A DNA stretch of 64,000 nt from an uncultured Victivallales bacterium. GTDB lineage: Bacteria > Verrucomicrobiota > Lentisphaeria > Oligosphaerales > JAFGRS01. Below, piece after piece: positions 62,600-64,000 of this stretch. A program made the translations under genes and the position numbers. Each line of letters opens with the position of its first letter. Position 1 is the stretch's first letter. Location of the stretch: NCBI GenBank assembly GCA_903837355.1, contig CAILUI010000200.1:2311-66310 (forward strand), written 5' to 3'. The notes under the pieces are model-generated. The model was not told the origin of the DNA. It saw only the letters and a program-made list of their open reading frames with translations, and made no database searches.

Positions 62600-64000
62600 T
62601 CAGCGCGCCCGGATGGCCTGCGCCGCCGCGGCGGCGGTCTGCTTGACCAGGGGGTTGTCGTCGCTGGCGGCTACGGCATCGAGGGCTTTGAGACTGTCCT
62701 TGCTGCCGACCTGCTGGAGGATGCGGCAGGCTTCGAGGCGGACGCCCCAGTCCTTGTCCTTGAGCAGCTTCGCGACTACGCCCTCGGCGGGCGTGCCGAT
62801 GGCGGTCAGCGCGGCCGCGGCCTCGAAGCGCCAGGACATATCGGCCAACTTTGCGGCCAGGACTGGCGCGGCGCGCTTCTCCTTCAGCTTCCCCAGGACT
62901 CGCCCCGCGGCGCGCGCGTCGAAGCCACTCCCCTCAAGGGCCTTCAGCAACGCCGGGGCCTCAGCCGCAGTGCCCCAGTTGGCCAGGGCCTCGGCAGCCT
63001 GCTGACGGATGAAGGTGTCGGCGTCGCCGAGCCAGCCCGCAATGGCTGCCGCGATGGCCGCATCGGGCTTCTCGGGCTGCTTGTGCTGCAGTGTGTTGAT
63101 GGCGCGGCGCGCACGCTCCTTATCGCCGGACTGCAGTTCGGTGAGCAGGGCATCTCGTTCCGGCGGCGTGGGCGGCGCCCGGCGCGCCTCCGCTGCGGCT
63201 TTCGCGGCGCCCAGTGCGGCCTTGGCCTGCTCCTCCTGCTGTTTCAGGTCGGCCTCGTTCAACAGCTTGCAGGAGAAGCGGATGGGATAGCGTTGTTCGC
63301 GGTTCTCTGCACGTTCATGAAAGCGCAGGGCGTAGGTGACCTCGGCCGGCATGCCCCGGACCCGGTCCAGGGCGATCGTGCCCGCGCCGCTCAGTTCCAT
63401 GGCCGGTTCGCCGCCGACCGTCTGCACCGTCTTCAGGACATAGGTCCGCACCAGGTTCACGCGAGTATCGGTGAGCGCGCGGACCTCGCAGGCCGTGACT
63501 TCCTCGGCGTTGAGGCGACCGGTCTCGGTCTCGGCCCGGAAGGGATTCCGGAATGGCCCGTCCGCAGTCACCCGGATGGCGGTTTCCTGGGTCCGTTGCC
63601 AGCGGGCCTCGGCGGCCTCGGGAAGGGGCTGGAAAAGCAGCGGCAACAGCGCCCCGAGGGCAAAGGGCAACTGCGCCTCGCCGCGCTCCGAGATCACCCG
63701 CCCGCGCGCGTCCATCTTCAGTTCATGGCCGTTGAAGGCGCCGATCTCCGGCGGGCCCAGGACTGGCATCCGCGGCACGAGGGGGCCGAAGCCTGGGACC
63801 AGCGGGTTGCGCCCCGGCTTCAGGGTGCGCTGCGACCCCAGACGCAGCGGCGGTATCGAGACCAGCGCCTGCCCTTCCTCTCCCGGAGTGACGCTGACGA
63901 AGACGGTGCCCTTCTGCGTCTCGATCTCGTCTCCGTGGTCGATCTCGATCTCCAGCGCATAGGCCAGCTTGCCCGCCTGCGCCCAGGTGTAGCGCAGCGG
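62600..64000 (-). CDS. HEAT/PBS-repeat-containing protein (5'-truncated by window edge)
   Basis: Frame is open to base 64000. C-terminal HEAT repeats (IRQQAAEALANWG, VRLEACRILQQVG). Confidence 0.75.
   Translation of the reverse strand, partial: PLRYTWAQAGKLAYALEIEIDHGDEIETQKGTVFVSVTPGEEGQALVSIPPLRLGSQRTLKPGRNPLVPGFGPLVPRMPVLGPPEIGAFNGHELKMDARGRVISERGEAQLPFALGALLPLLFQPLPEAAEARWQRTQETAIRVTADGPFRNPFRAETETGRLNAEEVTACEVRALTDTRVNLVRTYVLKTVQTVGGEPAMELSGAGTIALDRVRGMPAEVTYALRFHERAENREQRYPIRFSCKLLNEADLKQQEEQAKAALGAAKAAAEARRAPPTPPERDALLTELQSGDKERARRAINTLQHKQPEKPDAAIAAAIAGWLGDADTFIRQQAAEALANWGTAAEAPALLKALEGSGFDARAAGRVLGKLKEKRAAPVLAAKLADMSWRFEAAAALTAIGTPAEGVVAKLLKDKDWGVRLEACRILQQVGSKDSLKALDAVAASDDNPLVKQTAAAAAQAIRAR

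Overview
This is a high-GC bacterial chromosomal window. It probably comes from the PVC superphylum (Lentisphaerae-like), inferred from a DUF1559/H-X9-DG prepilin, many large secreted CAZyme-like proteins and Tat-exported Gfo/Idh/MocA enzymes. Housekeeping genes include lptD (3' end), msbA, a half purH, der, gltX, maf, rlmN, an rlmL-like methyltransferase, apbC/mrp and a cyclophilin. These are interspersed with carbohydrate-active enzymes, an ArsR + CoA-persulfide reductase/rhodanese/TusA/DsrE sulfur module, and a CHASE2 adenylate cyclase. I saw no tRNA, rRNA, CRISPR array or prophage. The five most interesting observations are: (1) a tightly coupled operon encoding a Tat Gfo/Idh/MocA oxidoreductase, a 7-heme cytochrome c, a cytochrome-b-like membrane protein and a signal-less ApbE flavin transferase, converging on a second Tat Gfo + isomerase pair; (2) three unrelated MITE types that all carry a core of inverted short tandem repeats (6-, 7- and 8-nt units), one present twice with 9-bp target duplications; (3) a RAYT transposase with its REPs plus several other dispersed palindrome families, one showing compensatory base changes; (4) a cryptic in-frame 60-codon tail after the TGA of the ADP-ribosylglycohydrolase gene; (5) a Cys-rich exported mini-protein. 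All functional calls come from motif recognition by eye; no database search was run.
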